A stretch of 64,000 nt of DNA, taken from the human T2T-CHM13v2.0 reference genome, Homo sapiens. The notes below the pieces were generated by a model. That model worked only from the letters and a program-made list of their open reading frames with translations, was not told the origin of the DNA and did not search any database. Below are positions 38,711 through 52,645 of this stretch, piece after piece. The translations under genes were made by a program, and so were the position numbers. The stretch lies in assembly GCF_009914755.1 (NCBI RefSeq), contig NC_060928.1. One strand, given 5' to 3'. Each line of letters starts with the position of its first letter. Positions within the stretch are counted from its first letter, which is position 1.

Positions 38711-40549
38711 ATACTGATATTTTCCCATTTAACCAACAAGTTACATGTTTCTTCTTTAGTCTTAAATTACCAGTAATTGTAGGCATCACTATGACATTTC
38801 TGATTAATATGTTTCAAGTGCTTCAGTCTTCACCATGATCCTTTTAGTTGTCATAAATATTTTTTCACGTGAAGTAAATTTATATCTATTCTTATTTCTC
38901 TAACAGATTTTCCTCTTGAATCAAGAATGGGTAAGGAAAATTTTCAAATGTCATATTGGCATATGTTAAAGACACCATTTGTTTTTTTCTCCTCTGACTT
39001 ATTAGTATGCTGAGTATTATTAATGCATTTTAAAATATTGATTCAGTTTTGGATTCCTGGATTGAACCCCACTTGGCCATGGTGAATTATTCTTTTAATG
39101 TACTGCTAGATTCTACTTGCTAATATTTTATTTAGGATTTTCATCAACATCTTTTCTTTTTGGTATATTGTTTTGATATTAGCATTATCTTATGGGCTTC
39201 AGATAAAGGAGTGGGAAGTTTATCTTTTGTATTATAAGAGATTTGTATTACAGAAAATCTCAAATCATCTCTGACTTGGAGCTCTCCTTTACTCCAATTC
39301 TGCTAATATGAAAGAAATACTTTTAGCGGAAATACTGGCTTTCCCAGGTTGGAACTATGATTCTGATAACTGGCCTTTTTAGGTTTGGTAGCTGGTTGTA
39401 GCTTCTTGGAGAAGAAAGTTTTAAATTACTGGGAGTCTTTGATATATATATGTGCCTGAACACTGGAGAAACTTTTCCTCCCTAGTGCATATTAAACTTG
39501 AATTTTATCATGTTATTCTCCTCTCTATGTATCACATGTTTATTTTTGTAACTCTTATTGGTATAAACACGTTTCATATTATTAAAGATCTTGATCAATC
39601 ACTATGCATCTACTATACATAAACATTTAAAGAGCTAAGTCCTGAGAAGATTGCTTATCACCCAACTTCAGTACATTTATTATAATAATCTTGAAACACC
39701 ACTGATTATCATCTGAGAGAAAGATGAGTGGTAAAATCAAATGGAGTGACTAAAAGGTGCTAGTATATTGCCAAAAATATGTAATTATTTTGCTGATATC
39801 TAGGTGAATTGTGCTATTTCACTTACAAGAGGATAGCTGCAGGGACTTGATTTAATTGAGAATAATGATGTTAATTGAACATCAGATGCTGGTGCACAAT
39901 TTGAAATGACACTTTATTTTTTATGTATTTAGATTTGAAATGACATATTATTAATTTACCTTTTAGGTAAATTTAAAAACGTCTTTGGTGGACACAGATC
40001 ATAATAAGTGAAGATGGTTGTGTAAACCACAACTGAGACACTGTTAAAGAGACCAAACTGTTTAAACCTGTGGTTTGGGGCAAACCCTCCCCTATAGGTG
40101 GCCTACAGGGAGGGCAACACTGACTCTGGTCATGGTCTGGGTGACATTGTATTCCATTATCCTAGAAAACAGAGGTGCTAGTAATTACCAAAATAACAGC
40201 ATTTTGGCTGCTGTAATGTGATATTTTTAAAAATCTGAAATCTGGACGATGTCTGCCTCACAGTGTCTCCAGAGAATTATATGCTACATTAAAATTTCAA
40301 CAGGAATAAAGTGTATTCCTTCAAAAGCATCCTTCATTGTTTTTAACTTTTCCAATGTATGTTACTGTTTTTATTCCAAGTACGTGTTACCAGTGAGGTT
40401 GAGCAAATGATAATTTGGGTTTATTTTTATTTTTTTCCTGGAGCCAGTTTGGATTTCTTCTATATTTGGAGGATATCAAAAGGCTTTAAGAAAAGTAGGA
40501 TAAGCCTGTGGAAGAAGGATTGGGGAGAACAGTGATGTCCTGGGTGACA

Positions 40550-41020
40550 AGGAAGACAGAGAGCCTTTGTTCTAATGAGGGCATTCTTGGTGGGCCTCCA
40601 GATAGTGTCAGGATGGGGGCTAGTCACCAGAATGGTCATGGCTGGATTCAAAGCTTTGAACCCTCCAACTTCTGGGGAGGAGAGAGGAGCTAGAGATTGA
40701 GTTCATCACCAATGCCTGTGATTTTATTAATGATGCTTACTAATGATTACCTCCAGAAAAAACCCTATGCAATGGAGTTCACAGAGCTTCTGGGTTTATG
40801 GACAGTTAGTCAGAAGTCCAGGTGGGCTTAGACTTACAAGTGGCATATGAAGTCAGTGAGCAGTCTTGTGGGGCTGAGCCCTTAAACTGTGGAGCCTGTA
40901 CTAACTCCAGATAGTGGAAAAATTGGACTGAATTGTTGGATACCTAGTGAGTGTTGCAGAGTTTGAGAAGTGGTGTTGGGAAAACACCATGTATTTGATG
41001 TCAGGAGGAAAAAATACCTC
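40550..41020 (+). mobile_element. MER21-family LTR with internal deletion
   Basis: gatagtgtcaggatgggggctagtcaccagaa, gagctagagattgagttcatcaccaatg, gtcttgtggggctgagcccttaa. Confidence 0.8.
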
Positions 41021-44000
41021 GTAGGTACTCATTTATTATTAGCCTGAACAACATAAAATGAGGTAAAAATGAGTAGAAAATCAATTATATTGAGATGAGC
41101 TCTATGGCACCTCCTACATTGAAATTCAATGATAGACTCTGCAATTTCAATGTCAAATAGCAATAATTGTGAGCACACTAAAACCTGATTTTTCCATGCC
41201 TCATATTTTCTAAGAAACTGTAATCTGCCTTCCTCTGCATCATCTATATAGTTTTGGTCCCATTCCCAAGATTAGAATATAATCATTTTATTTAGCTTGT
41301 AAATTTCAGGATCATTCTGAGGTCAAGCTTGTCAGGATGCTTAGATTGAAATGAATCACATTTCTAGACTGTGTTGTAATACTCCAAAATATTAAATGAG
41401 GGAAGACGTTCAGGATGCATATCAAGCATATAAGCCTCAAGTAAAATAAATGTGTCATTGATTTTTATTGCAATTATGGTGTGGATTTCAACTGATAAGC
41501 AAAGCTAGATGTTTGAGAGCTTGAACATCTTTCTGAGATAAGATTTAAAGGAATGAATAGCCTCCTCAGAGTAAAAAAGTATGACAGTGTAGAAATTGAA
41601 GGTCTTCCTCTTGCAGAGTCTCTCTTTGTAGATTATACTATAGCTTCCATTGAAGTATACATATGCTGTAGAAGTAGATAAGCATCTCATCTTTGTTCTT
41701 GTTCAATTCAAACAAATATTCTGAAGAAAATATTATTCTCAGATACTTTATATTAAAGAATCCATGAAATATTCATAGGTTCTTCTATCTCCCTTGAAAG
41801 TAAAGAGTATGACAGTTTAAGTCTACAATGTTGATGTGAGATAACATTTTCCTCAATAACTTTCCTGTGGGATAAGTTTGGAATACAGATAAAAATGTAT
41901 CAGTATCTTCCAGTTGACAATGAATTATTAAATATAACACATAAATACCAATGTAAATCTTTTAAGTTTAATAGATGATTTCAGAGGACTTTAGAAAATT
42001 AAAATTAAATCTATTGCGGTCCTATACAATGTGCTGATGAAAGGTTTCCATATGGCAAGTAAATTATATATTTGAAGATAGAAATAGTTAGCATGTATAG
42101 CTTTAAATTACCAAGAATATTTCTGCTCCTGCTATTAGCCAATAACTTGTACTGAATTGTCTAAGTACAGTCCAGAATTAGTGAATGTATCTTAGAAGGA
42201 AAAAAAAACCCATATGTTCACTAGTGGTGGATTTACTTTGAAGAAAGAGCACTGAGCTGCTGACATAACTTTCTTAATAATTATATTTCTCCAATCCCTG
42301 TCACTTAACTACTTCTCTATTCTATACTGAATTTCAGTCTCTAACATATGCACTTTAAATGGGATGCCAGAGATTTGTGAATATGTGCACAGGTGTTGCT
42401 GTTAAAATTAGAACCAGAAAATGAAAAAAAAAAGGCTTATCACATCTCAATTCACATTAGAGTAGAACACAATGAAATACACATTTTTTTAGTTGGAGGG
42501 GTCATACGGGAATTTGACCTATGACTACATTGCTCACACCTATTTGAATTAGCAGAATTATAACTTTCATGTATATAAGTAGACACGTATCAGAAAAAAA
42601 GAAAAGGTACTGGTATTGTACTGAAAAAAAGAACAACAAAAAAGCAAATACTGAAGCACTGCTTAAAACAGTAATTATGGTTAATGCAATGGTTAATACC
42701 TCATTAACCATTTGTATTGTATTATACCTAGAAGTGAATTAAACTCTCTGAAAATATTCACTTACTAAATTCAAGGTTACCCACAGACCATTGGATATAT
42801 GCCCAGGTGCTTTTTGAGGGCAGTAGGACTCTGAATATATGAAAGGGCAATCTAATCATGGTAAAATAAAACTCTGCAGGTTATAAGAATTTAAAATCAA
42901 AGAGAAACTTATTTAGAACTTTCTTCAAAATACTATAGTATAAAACATTTTTCTTTTTTGCCAGAATACTGGTATTCTTTTCTCAAATAAAATCTTCATT
43001 ATCTCTGTGTAGTATGTGTGCTAGTCTAGCAGCTTTAAATAAGGGGACTCATTTAAACATGCCCTATGTGGACACTAGAGAATTCTACACATTTTTATTA
43101 GTTTTCGTGAAGAAAATTACTATAGTAGTTTTAACATAAAAGGATGCCATTTTGCTTTTCTCAGGGCATCTGACACAATTGGACAAAAAGATCAAGGTGT
43201 TCGTGACTGTCTGATCTCAATGGAAAATACTTTTGGGGGTTTTAATATACAGCACTTCCATTGATACCAGATCTGGCAGTTAGAAATACATGGAAAATTC
43301 AACAAATGTGAATCAGGTTTTCACACAGATCTCCATTAAGAGATCTTGGACCATCTCCAGAATTCAATCAAAGGTTAATGAAAGAACTATACTGTATCTG
43401 ACTGCAGACACTGTTGCTCAGTCAAGCTTCCTGGATTTTTGCCTTATGCGAAATGACAAAAATACATCTTTCCAATATGTGCTCACTTTCTTAAATGACC
43501 CGTTGAGGGGACTGACTCCCCTCACCTGTCCAATCACCCAGTTTCCAAGCCTTACAACTTTATCTATCAGTTGAAATCCTTTAGTACAGTACTATTTTAG
43601 AACTTTTCCAAAAAATCATTTGTTTTCTTTCTTTTAGTGGGGGAAAGAATGGCAATAACCACAGGATGGTGAAAACAGAAAATGCATCTCTATTACCATA
43701 TTCTCTTTCTCTCATCAAATTTCATGACTATTTCCATGACAAGCCACCGAATAACAGATATTTTCAAAAAGTATCATTTCCCAGTAGATAACCTCAGTTT
43801 AAAACAGGATATCCTGGTCTCTCAATTGCCTGACAAGAACTCTCTTTGGATGAAACAGACCATATGTTTTCCAGCATGGAAAACTAAGACATGAAGGATT
43901 TGGTGGGAAGTTATTAGATATTCCTTACAAGGCAGAAGGAAAGCAACAGAAGCACCTTCGAGCTGCAATCTAAAGGAGCATGTCATGACAGATTTAGGAA

Positions 44001-44534
44001 ATGATAATACAAGTCACAGAGAAATAGTTAGCTAGTGGAAAGGAGAATACATTTCCTAACCATGAAGGTATTTAATATTTAGCTCCATGGAGCGAAAACT
44101 TTATAGGGGAAATTCTTTGGTTTCCCTGCTAAGATAATTCCCTGAGGATGCCTCTTCAACTCTTGTCTTAAAATACGCCACTGAATCTCGGAATGGTAAT
44201 GATTTTCATTGCTTTTATGGAGATTCATCAAATTTTTTTTAGTTTGAGTATGTGAATTATTTATTTCCCCAACAAAACTAGGGAAATATTCACAGTCATT
44301 ATTTAACAAGTATTCCTTCATTCTGCATTCACTTAGAAATAAAATTTGCATGGTATATTATTACATTGCATATGTAATTATGAATAGGGATACCATTAGC
44401 AAACTGAAAATGACATATACCCTGAGCACAAATATGACCATACACATTTTCTCATTAAGTATTTTTGTCTAGTACTGGTAATGTGCAGTGTTTGCTATCA
44501 TTACCAATCAATGTTATAAGATCCTAATTTCTCA

Positions 44535-45730
44535 AGTCAGTTAACATTTATCAAGTGCATTCTACATGTTAAGTACTGTACTAAGCACTGAAGAAACAGA
44601 AATGACTAAGAAAAATATCTTATAAAATACATGATGTTGTACATACTAAGTTTTCAATGAGTTAAAAAATAACCTATTTATAAACAGATATTTATTAAGT
44701 GCCTAATATATCCAAGAAGCTATGGCTAGTTGCTGAGATTTTTAATGCAAATAAGAAAGACATGATCACTGACCTTCAGATCATATAGTTTAACATAAGA
44801 GGAAGTGAGTTAAAATGATTGCAAGGAAGTGTGATCAATTTTGACAAGGAAGTAAAGATTACTAATAGGAGCATGTAAGTGGCCAATTAAGCCATTCAAG
44901 ATAATCAAAGAGTAAAGACTTTTAGGAGACAATGTCTAAGTTGGGACCTAATGTATTATTAGCAGTTACAAGGCCAAGGCAGAGTGAGTAGCAGAAAGGG
45001 AGGGTAACAGGCAGAGAAACAATTTGAGTGAAAGTCTGGAGAAGAGGAAGGATCTGAAAGAAGTTTAGGAGCTGAACTCCAGTCTCTAAAAGTGGAAGTG
45101 ACAAGAATTGACGATAAAGGGAGAAGCGGGGGCCAGATCATAAAGGATCTTGAACACTACCTCAGTAGGATTGGCTTTCAGATTTTAAGTCTAGAAACAA
45201 TTCATCAAATTTGCCCTTGGCAACATTATAGTGGCTACACTATGAAGAATAGTTTCAGTGGAGAGCAGAGAGACAAATTATGTCTTTGTAAGAGTAATCC
45301 AGTTAAGAATAATGATGATCTGAAATATAACATTGTGGGTGGGGGAGATAAAAATATGGATTAAAAAGATATTTAGAAGATAAAATGGTGGTTCTGAGTG
45401 ACTGGTAAATGTAGGAAGAGACAGTGAGGGAGACAAGGCTAGAGTAACCTTGGATTTCTGATTTAGGCGACTATGGGTGTGGAGGTGCAAATCGTATATT
45501 CAGGGAATCCAGAAGGAGGAACCATTTTAGAAGGTGGAGAGATGATGAGTTCAGTTTTGGATATATTAAATTTCAAATTCTTTTGAGAACTCTAAGTAGA
45601 ACTATCTAACAGGCAAATATCTAGGGTACATGAAAGACTGGATTAGAAGAATAAATTTGGACCTTGGTGGTGGTCTCTCAAACCCAGTAGAGTATGCCAC
45701 CTTAGAAGTGAAGGGAAGAGAGTGCTTCAA
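44535..45730 (-). mobile_element. L2 LINE (two 3' ends plus ~1 kb body)
   Basis: acatttatcaagtgc...actgtactaagcactg; atttattaagtgcct; gggccagatcataaagg; gatgagttcagttttggatatattaaattt. Confidence 0.85.
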
Positions 45731-45759
45731 TAATAGGAATTATTAGAAACCTACAAATT

Positions 45760-45841
45760 CTCTACCCAATAACTTCTTTTTTTTTTCTGGCTGTGGTTGT
45801 ACACTGGAACTATATGCAGGGCAACCCTGGAGTGAGTGATG

Positions 45842-45884
<43 letters not shown>

Positions 45885-46202
45885 ACTTCATCATCTAGTG
45901 ATAGGAAACTAGTACATAAATGCCTCAGGTCACTTGTGTCTTTTTGTGGTAACTCTGAGGTGTGTTCTACACAGTCTTCTAGAGTTCCCAAGTTGTTTTC
46001 TTTCTTTTAATGGGGGAAAGAATTAAGCCCCAGTTGTCCATGGTGGTAGCTGGCTTGCTAAGTCACCCTTTATTACTTCCTTCCCTGCCTCACTTCATCA
46101 CTCTCCCAACTTGCTTTTTTTCCTGAAATCACCAGCAAAATTAGCTACTTGCACTCAAATCCTTGTCTCAGGAGCTGCTTCTTGAGGAACTAAGATTAAA
46201 AT
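45760..46202 (+). mobile_element. LTR16-family 5' LTR of ERVL provirus
   Basis: gtaactctgaggtgtgttctacacagtc...ctacttgcactcaaatccttgtctcagg-ctgcttc. Confidence 0.8.
45845..45882. repeat. (AC)19 microsatellite
   Basis: Directly visible. Confidence 0.97.
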
Positions 46203-47222
46203 AGCTAGTACAGGAATTTGTTGAGAAAACACTCTCATTATGATACTCTTGAATTCAATCATTCATCAATCAGATGGCAAGTAAGGGCACCACTGATGGC
46301 TGTAAGTGAGTGGTTAAGACTCCTGATGTGCTGTAGCACCTTAATTATTGAGGCTGTCATGTGTGGTGAATTGAGATGAATACAGCTAGAGGGGAATTCC
46401 TGGCTTATGCAAAACCTCTAGTCTTAAAGGATATAGAATCTACAGTAATATAGGGATTGCAAAGTATGTTGGCTATTGCTAACTGCAGTAGATTAAAACC
46501 CCAACACCTACAAATTTCCTTTGCTAAAGTTAGGGTCCTGAGAGAGTTCTTGAAATCAGAACATTTGGGTGAATACATTTGAGAGGCATAAATCTGCAGA
46601 TTCTCCTGAAATTATTGGGCTGGCCAGACGAGGACTCCTCTCCTTTACTAAAGAATGTCATTATCCTTTTGTTGGAGAGCATGTAAATGTTTCACCTGAT
46701 GCAGATGTCTCACAAGACTATGACTCCCCTGCTGAAAATCTGTCCCCATCTTTGCTCAGTTCTTCTGGATAAATAACTAGAGATAAGGCTCAGCAGAGTC
46801 AGATAGAAAAAAAAAGTCTCTGTTATTGGAGGAAAGGATTATCACCAAAACAGCTTTGAGATCTGGCCAGAATGTTCTGGAAAGAATGGGGAGAACATGC
46901 CTGGGAATGGATATTGTGAGTGACAGCCCAAGGCTGCTAGATAAAAGGTTGAATAAAGAGAGTTCACTGATAAAGAAGCACTTTCATATGAGGTAAGATT
47001 CAGCATTCTGGTAAGGTCACCTACAGCCAGACCTAAACGACAGATGGGTTGATTATTTCAAGCATAGGACAAATGATGGTAATTGATGTGAAGATATCTG
47101 AACTGCCCTGCCAAACTATTGAGGAAGGGATCAAAGGCTCAGAGAGGTGGGTAAGCTAGAATGGATTATTTATGTAAGACACAGGGGAACGTTTTCTCCA
47201 GGAGGGCCCAAGGAATACCCCT

Positions 47223-47732
47223 TGTAATGGTTAATTTCATGTGTCAACTCAACTGCGCTAAGGGATGCCCAAATATCTAGCAAAACATTATTTCTGGTGT
47301 GTCTGTGATGGTGTTTCTCACACACACACGCAAACACACACAATAGCATTTGAATCAGTAGACTGTGTACAGAAGATCTGCCCTCACCATTGCAGGTGGG
47401 ATTCATCCAATCTCTCTATTCAGTGGGTCTGAATAGAACAAAAAGGTGGAAGGGCAAATTTCCCATTTGCTTAAGCGGGGATATTCATCTTCTCCTGTTC
47501 TCCAGAATCTTGCTCCTCATTCTCAGGCCTTCAGACTGGGATTTAACAACCAACACTTCCCCTGGTTCTCAGGCCTTCAGAACATGGACTGAATTACACC
47601 ACCAGCTTTCCTGGTTCTCCAGCTTGTGATGGCTGATCATGGGATTTCTTGGACTCTACAGTTGTACGAGCCAATTCCTGTAATAAATATCACCTATTGG
47701 TTCTATTTCTCTGGAGAACCTTGGCTAATAAA
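47223..47732 (+). mobile_element. MLT2 (HERV-L) solo LTR nested in gag
   Basis: tgtaatggttaatttcatgtgtcaact...ctgaattacaccaccagctttcctggttctccagcttg...ctggagaaccttggctaata. Confidence 0.9.
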
Positions 47733-48851
47733 CTCCCTTTATTCAAATGATAAGAAATAGGTTAGTAAGGGGGAATTGATAACGTTGAGAAATTCCGTAA
47801 TGACTATCATTTGCAGTCAGTATAGATGATACAGTTAAGTAACTGGTCCCTACGATGTCAATGAAAATGATAGACTTCTACAATAATGCAAGTCAAGTAA
47901 CGTCACTTTATCGTTGGAGCCAATTACCATAATGGGCAGAAAAGCCATAATGTTACCAAGGGGAACCAACCATGAGATATCTGTGATAACAAACAAACCA
48001 TAGTGTTTTGAGAGGGAAGATAGACTTCTAACAAATGTATTGCTTAACTTCTATATCGCCGCCAAAAAACATCAAAGAATGTAAGAAAATACTAATGTCA
48101 GTCAATAGAGTAGAAAAACATGATTATTTGACCAGTTATTAGACATAAATCGGCTCTCAAACCCAAAGGTCATTGACTGAAGGGAAGGTGAGGTAGTCTG
48201 AGGAAGAAACCTACAAATGTCTGAATAAATATTCATGGCATTTATTCTCCAATTTACCCCCAAAGAAACATACAGACATTTACCAGAGGGATTGCACCCA
48301 GATATTTTAAGGGTTTCTGGATAAAGGGAATGACCTGACACTGATAGCTAGAGGACTCAAAAGACCCGCATGGCTCCCTGATAGAGTTCAACTTTGGGAG
48401 GCCTAGTGATAAATGAAATCTATAAACATTCTCAGTGGTTATTTGTCCAATCTCTGAGTGTATAATCAGCATGGATATAATCAATGCTTGCAGAACCCCA
48501 CACATTGGTTTCCTAATCTGTACATTAAAGGCTATAGCGATAGGTAGAATAACAAACAAGAAAAAGCTCCTGAAACAACCCCATACTCAGCCCAAATCAC
48601 AAAGCAGAAGCAAAAACACATCTTCAGTAAATACAAGATCCATGTTTCCTATAAAGATTGTAAGTAATGCAGAAGTAGTGGCCCCATTATATTTCCGAGA
48701 AATTCACCAGTCTGGTGCCTTGAAAAACTAAATAAATCATGGCAGATGAGATCCAACTGCTGAGAACTTAAATAAATAGTAGCCCCAAATGCAGCTGCTC
48801 TGCAAGATGTAATATATTTACTGGAACACATCAACACAGCCTCTGGAAATG

Positions 48852-49485
<634 letters not shown>

Positions 49486-50690
49486 GTGTGGCTATTGACC
49501 TAGTAAATGTGGTTTTTTTTTTTTCAATTCCTATCATGAAGGAGGTTCTGAAGCAATCTACATTCACCTAAGATAAACAGCAGTAGATATTCTTGGTTTT
49601 GTTTCAGGGCTAAGCTAATTCTCTTGCTTTCTGCCACATAAAGAACAAACAAGTTTTTGCACCTTGTATTACCTACAACTAAGAAAGAGGCATGATGCAT
49701 ATTAGCTGACTTTGAGTTTTGGAGACAACACATCAAACATTTGGGAATGTAGCCCTGACCCACTTATCAAGTGATTTGGAAGCCTGGTAATTTATATTGA
49801 GCCACAAGAGGGTTCTGTAGCAGATACAGACTGTAGTACAAACAATCCTGCTATTTGGCCACATGACATGAAAGGTCTTACATTACTAGAGGGGCTACCC
49901 ATGGTGGATAAAAACATCATATGGATTTGCTAGCAAACCCTGACAGCAAAATCACAATGCATTCCCCTAGATTTCTGGAGCAAGACCATATTGTCAACAT
50001 TGAAAAAATGACCTTACCATGCGACTATGTTTCAGTAGAGTGACTATATAACTGGAGCTTCTTATCATGGGCTGGGTATTGCCAGACCCATCAGCTCATA
50101 AGATTGATGGGTGCAGAAGCAATCCATCAGACAACAGAAATGGCATATTTGTAATGAGATTTAATCAGGTCAGAAAGGCAAAAGCAAGTTATGTGAACAG
50201 GTGGCCCACACCGCTAGGTCACCTACCTCTGTTGCAACTAACTCTTTCTCTATTAGCTCACAAATGTGGCTTTGTTGAGGATTGTCTAGACTAGATAATG
50301 AAGGGGATGGAACAAAACCTAACTTATTTCACAGATGAGCTGGATGGTTGCATCTCTGACAATCAAAATTGAATTGCAAATGCACCACAGCAGCATAGCA
50401 CCACTCAGGGGTGGTCCTGAAAACATTGGCAAGAGACAATATTTCAGTGGGCAGAGTTTTAAGCAGTATAGCTGATCATCAATCTTGTGAGGTATGGGTA
50501 TACTTGGACATCTGTGAATGGCGTGGTTGGTTGTTTGATCAGAAGGCCTACAAAAAGAATGACTGAAAAAATACAGATAAAGAAGTCCGTGGCTGGCCCT
50601 AAGAAAATGCAAGCAGAATCTGCAGTTCTTTGTGTTTCATGGCTATTCCTGCCAGATGGAATTCTCTAAAGAATCCTCCCTCAACGAGAC

Positions 50691-51082
50691 TGTCTTAGTC
50701 CATTTTTTGCTGGTATAACAGAATACCACAGACTAGATAACTTATAAAGAAGAGAAGTGTATTCAGCTCACAGTTCTGGAGGCCAAAAAGTTCAAGTGCA
50801 TGATACTGGCATCTGGCAAGGGCGTGGCAGAAGGCATCATGTGGTGAGAATACATGAGAGAGAGGAGGATGTGAGTGAGCATAACAAGGAAGCCAAACAT
50901 AACCTTTTTATGAGTAATCCACTCCCATGTTAACTAACCCATTACCAAGTTAAAGCATTAATCCTTTCATAAGGAAGAGTCCCCACGACCTCATCACCTC
51001 TTAAAAGTCCCACCTCCCAATACAATTACACTGGCAATTACATTTCGACAGGAGTTTTTGAGGGAAGAGTCAAACCATAGCA
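50691..51082 (-). mobile_element. MST(C/D)-like MaLR solo LTR nested in pol
   Basis: tgtcttagtcc...aaaccatagca with perfect 5-bp TSD gagac (50686-50690, 51083-51087). Confidence 0.9.
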
Positions 51083-52209
51083 GAGACCAAGGAATCACGT
51101 GGAAGAAAGATGATGACATTGAGCCACTTCCTTCCTGAAAGGGATAGAGATTCAGAATTATTGAGATAAATGCAGTTTCTGAATACGAGTTTGTCTTTCT
51201 TACCTTTATTGTCTTAGCCAGCACCACCATAAAAGGATTCACAAAGTGTCTGATTTATCTACCATCAAGGAATCCTATGCAACATTACCCTGGACCAACG
51301 TTATAGTGGAAAAGATAAGATAGTGAGTACATGACTGTGCAATCTTCTATTCTTACTATTACCACCTCATCCTGAAACAGTCAGAATGAAAACACAATAA
51401 TCTTTAAATGTACATCTATGATGCCTGCTTGAAGATGATACCCTATGAGGTTGGACTTGTCCTTCAATATGTGGTCTATATTTTGAAGCAGCTGTTATAT
51501 GGCACTGTGTCTTTGAAAGGTAGAACACGTGGTCTGGGGAAAAAAAAAGGGTAGAAATAAGAGTGACCTTGTCATCCCACTCTCAGTGAACCACTTGCAG
51601 AAAATAGGTCTGGTTCCCAGAAGAGGGATACTTCCAGAGGAAACACATTAAGGATTTCACTAAATAGTTTTGGGCTCCTTGTGCCAATAGAGCAGTAAGT
51701 GGGATAGGAGTTGGCAGACTATCAGTGTTGTTGACCCTGATGATCATGAAGGATAAAATTGCTAGCGTATGATGTGACCTGAAAACAGAATATCTAGAAT
51801 ACATATCTAAAACTATTCCATTGGAATCACTTCACTGTTGCCCCTCTTGGTACTTTCATGTTTCCCATTCCTATGAACAGGGAAATAGGGCATCCATGAC
51901 TAGACTCTGGAGCTTTAACCAAGATCTCTGACCCCTCAGAGCTAAAGGTCTAGATTACCTTACAAAGAAAATTACTTAGATTAATAAAAAAACTGGCCAA
52001 GGTAAAAGATAATAAAATGGGTGGTAAAGGAGAAAATGTAAATACCAATTATGGTCTCCAGGCCAATTGCAATAGGATAAAATGTTTGTTCCACGAATCT
52101 TCCTGCTAGAAGTCTTTTTTATGGAAAACTGTGACCAGTAATTACCTAGAGAATCAGTGACAAAACTGAGTAGCCTTAATTTGGGACACAAGTAAATTTG
52201 GTTGGTGCG

Positions 52210-52645
52210 ACACAGTCAATGTCCATCTCTTAGCCCATTGGCACACATTTGTACATATTGAAGTGTTTACTGCAAAGACCTCATCTCTGCCTGAGGACTT
52301 TTACCATATCCAGCCACAGAAGCATTCTTTGTGCCCTTCAAGTTATAAGTGTTGGGAGCAATTATCCCAGAGTAGCAGCAATTAAGAATGGATGGCTAGG
52401 GTAAATCCTGTTGGCAAGGATAACTCTGGGATATGTTTTATACTGTCACCCAGTTTCCCCAGTGGTTTTGAGGACCATTTCTCCACATCAGCAACTTGAT
52501 TGAAGAAAAAAAAAAAAGAAAAAAAAAACTCTTTCTTGACTTTCTTCCCTTCCTTGCCTCAATTCTGTCTCCGAGCAGTGTTTCTTGAAATCACTTCCAA
52601 AATAAATGACTTGCATTTAAATCTTTATTTTAGGGTTTGCTTTCA
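52210..52645 (+). mobile_element. LTR16-family 3' LTR of ERVL provirus
   Basis: ggataactctgggatatgttttatactg...aatcacttccaaaataaatgacttgcatttaaatc...agggtttgctt, homologous to 45950-46190. Confidence 0.75.

Larger units (their letters stand above)
37030..39230 (-). mobile_element. L1ME-like fragments (antisense) with nested L1MA, L2 and MER8
   Basis: ttccccactgatttgaaatgcc, cattcctgg-attgaaccccacttggccatggtgaattattctttt...tagattctacttgctaatattttatttaggatttt. Confidence 0.7.

Noticed and set aside
43150-43380. Plus-strand acceptor ttttgcttttctcag suggesting an exon
   Set aside because: No good downstream donor and no recognisable reading frame
47520-47581. ttctcaggccttcaga repeated twice
   Set aside because: Intrinsic feature of MLT2 LTRs
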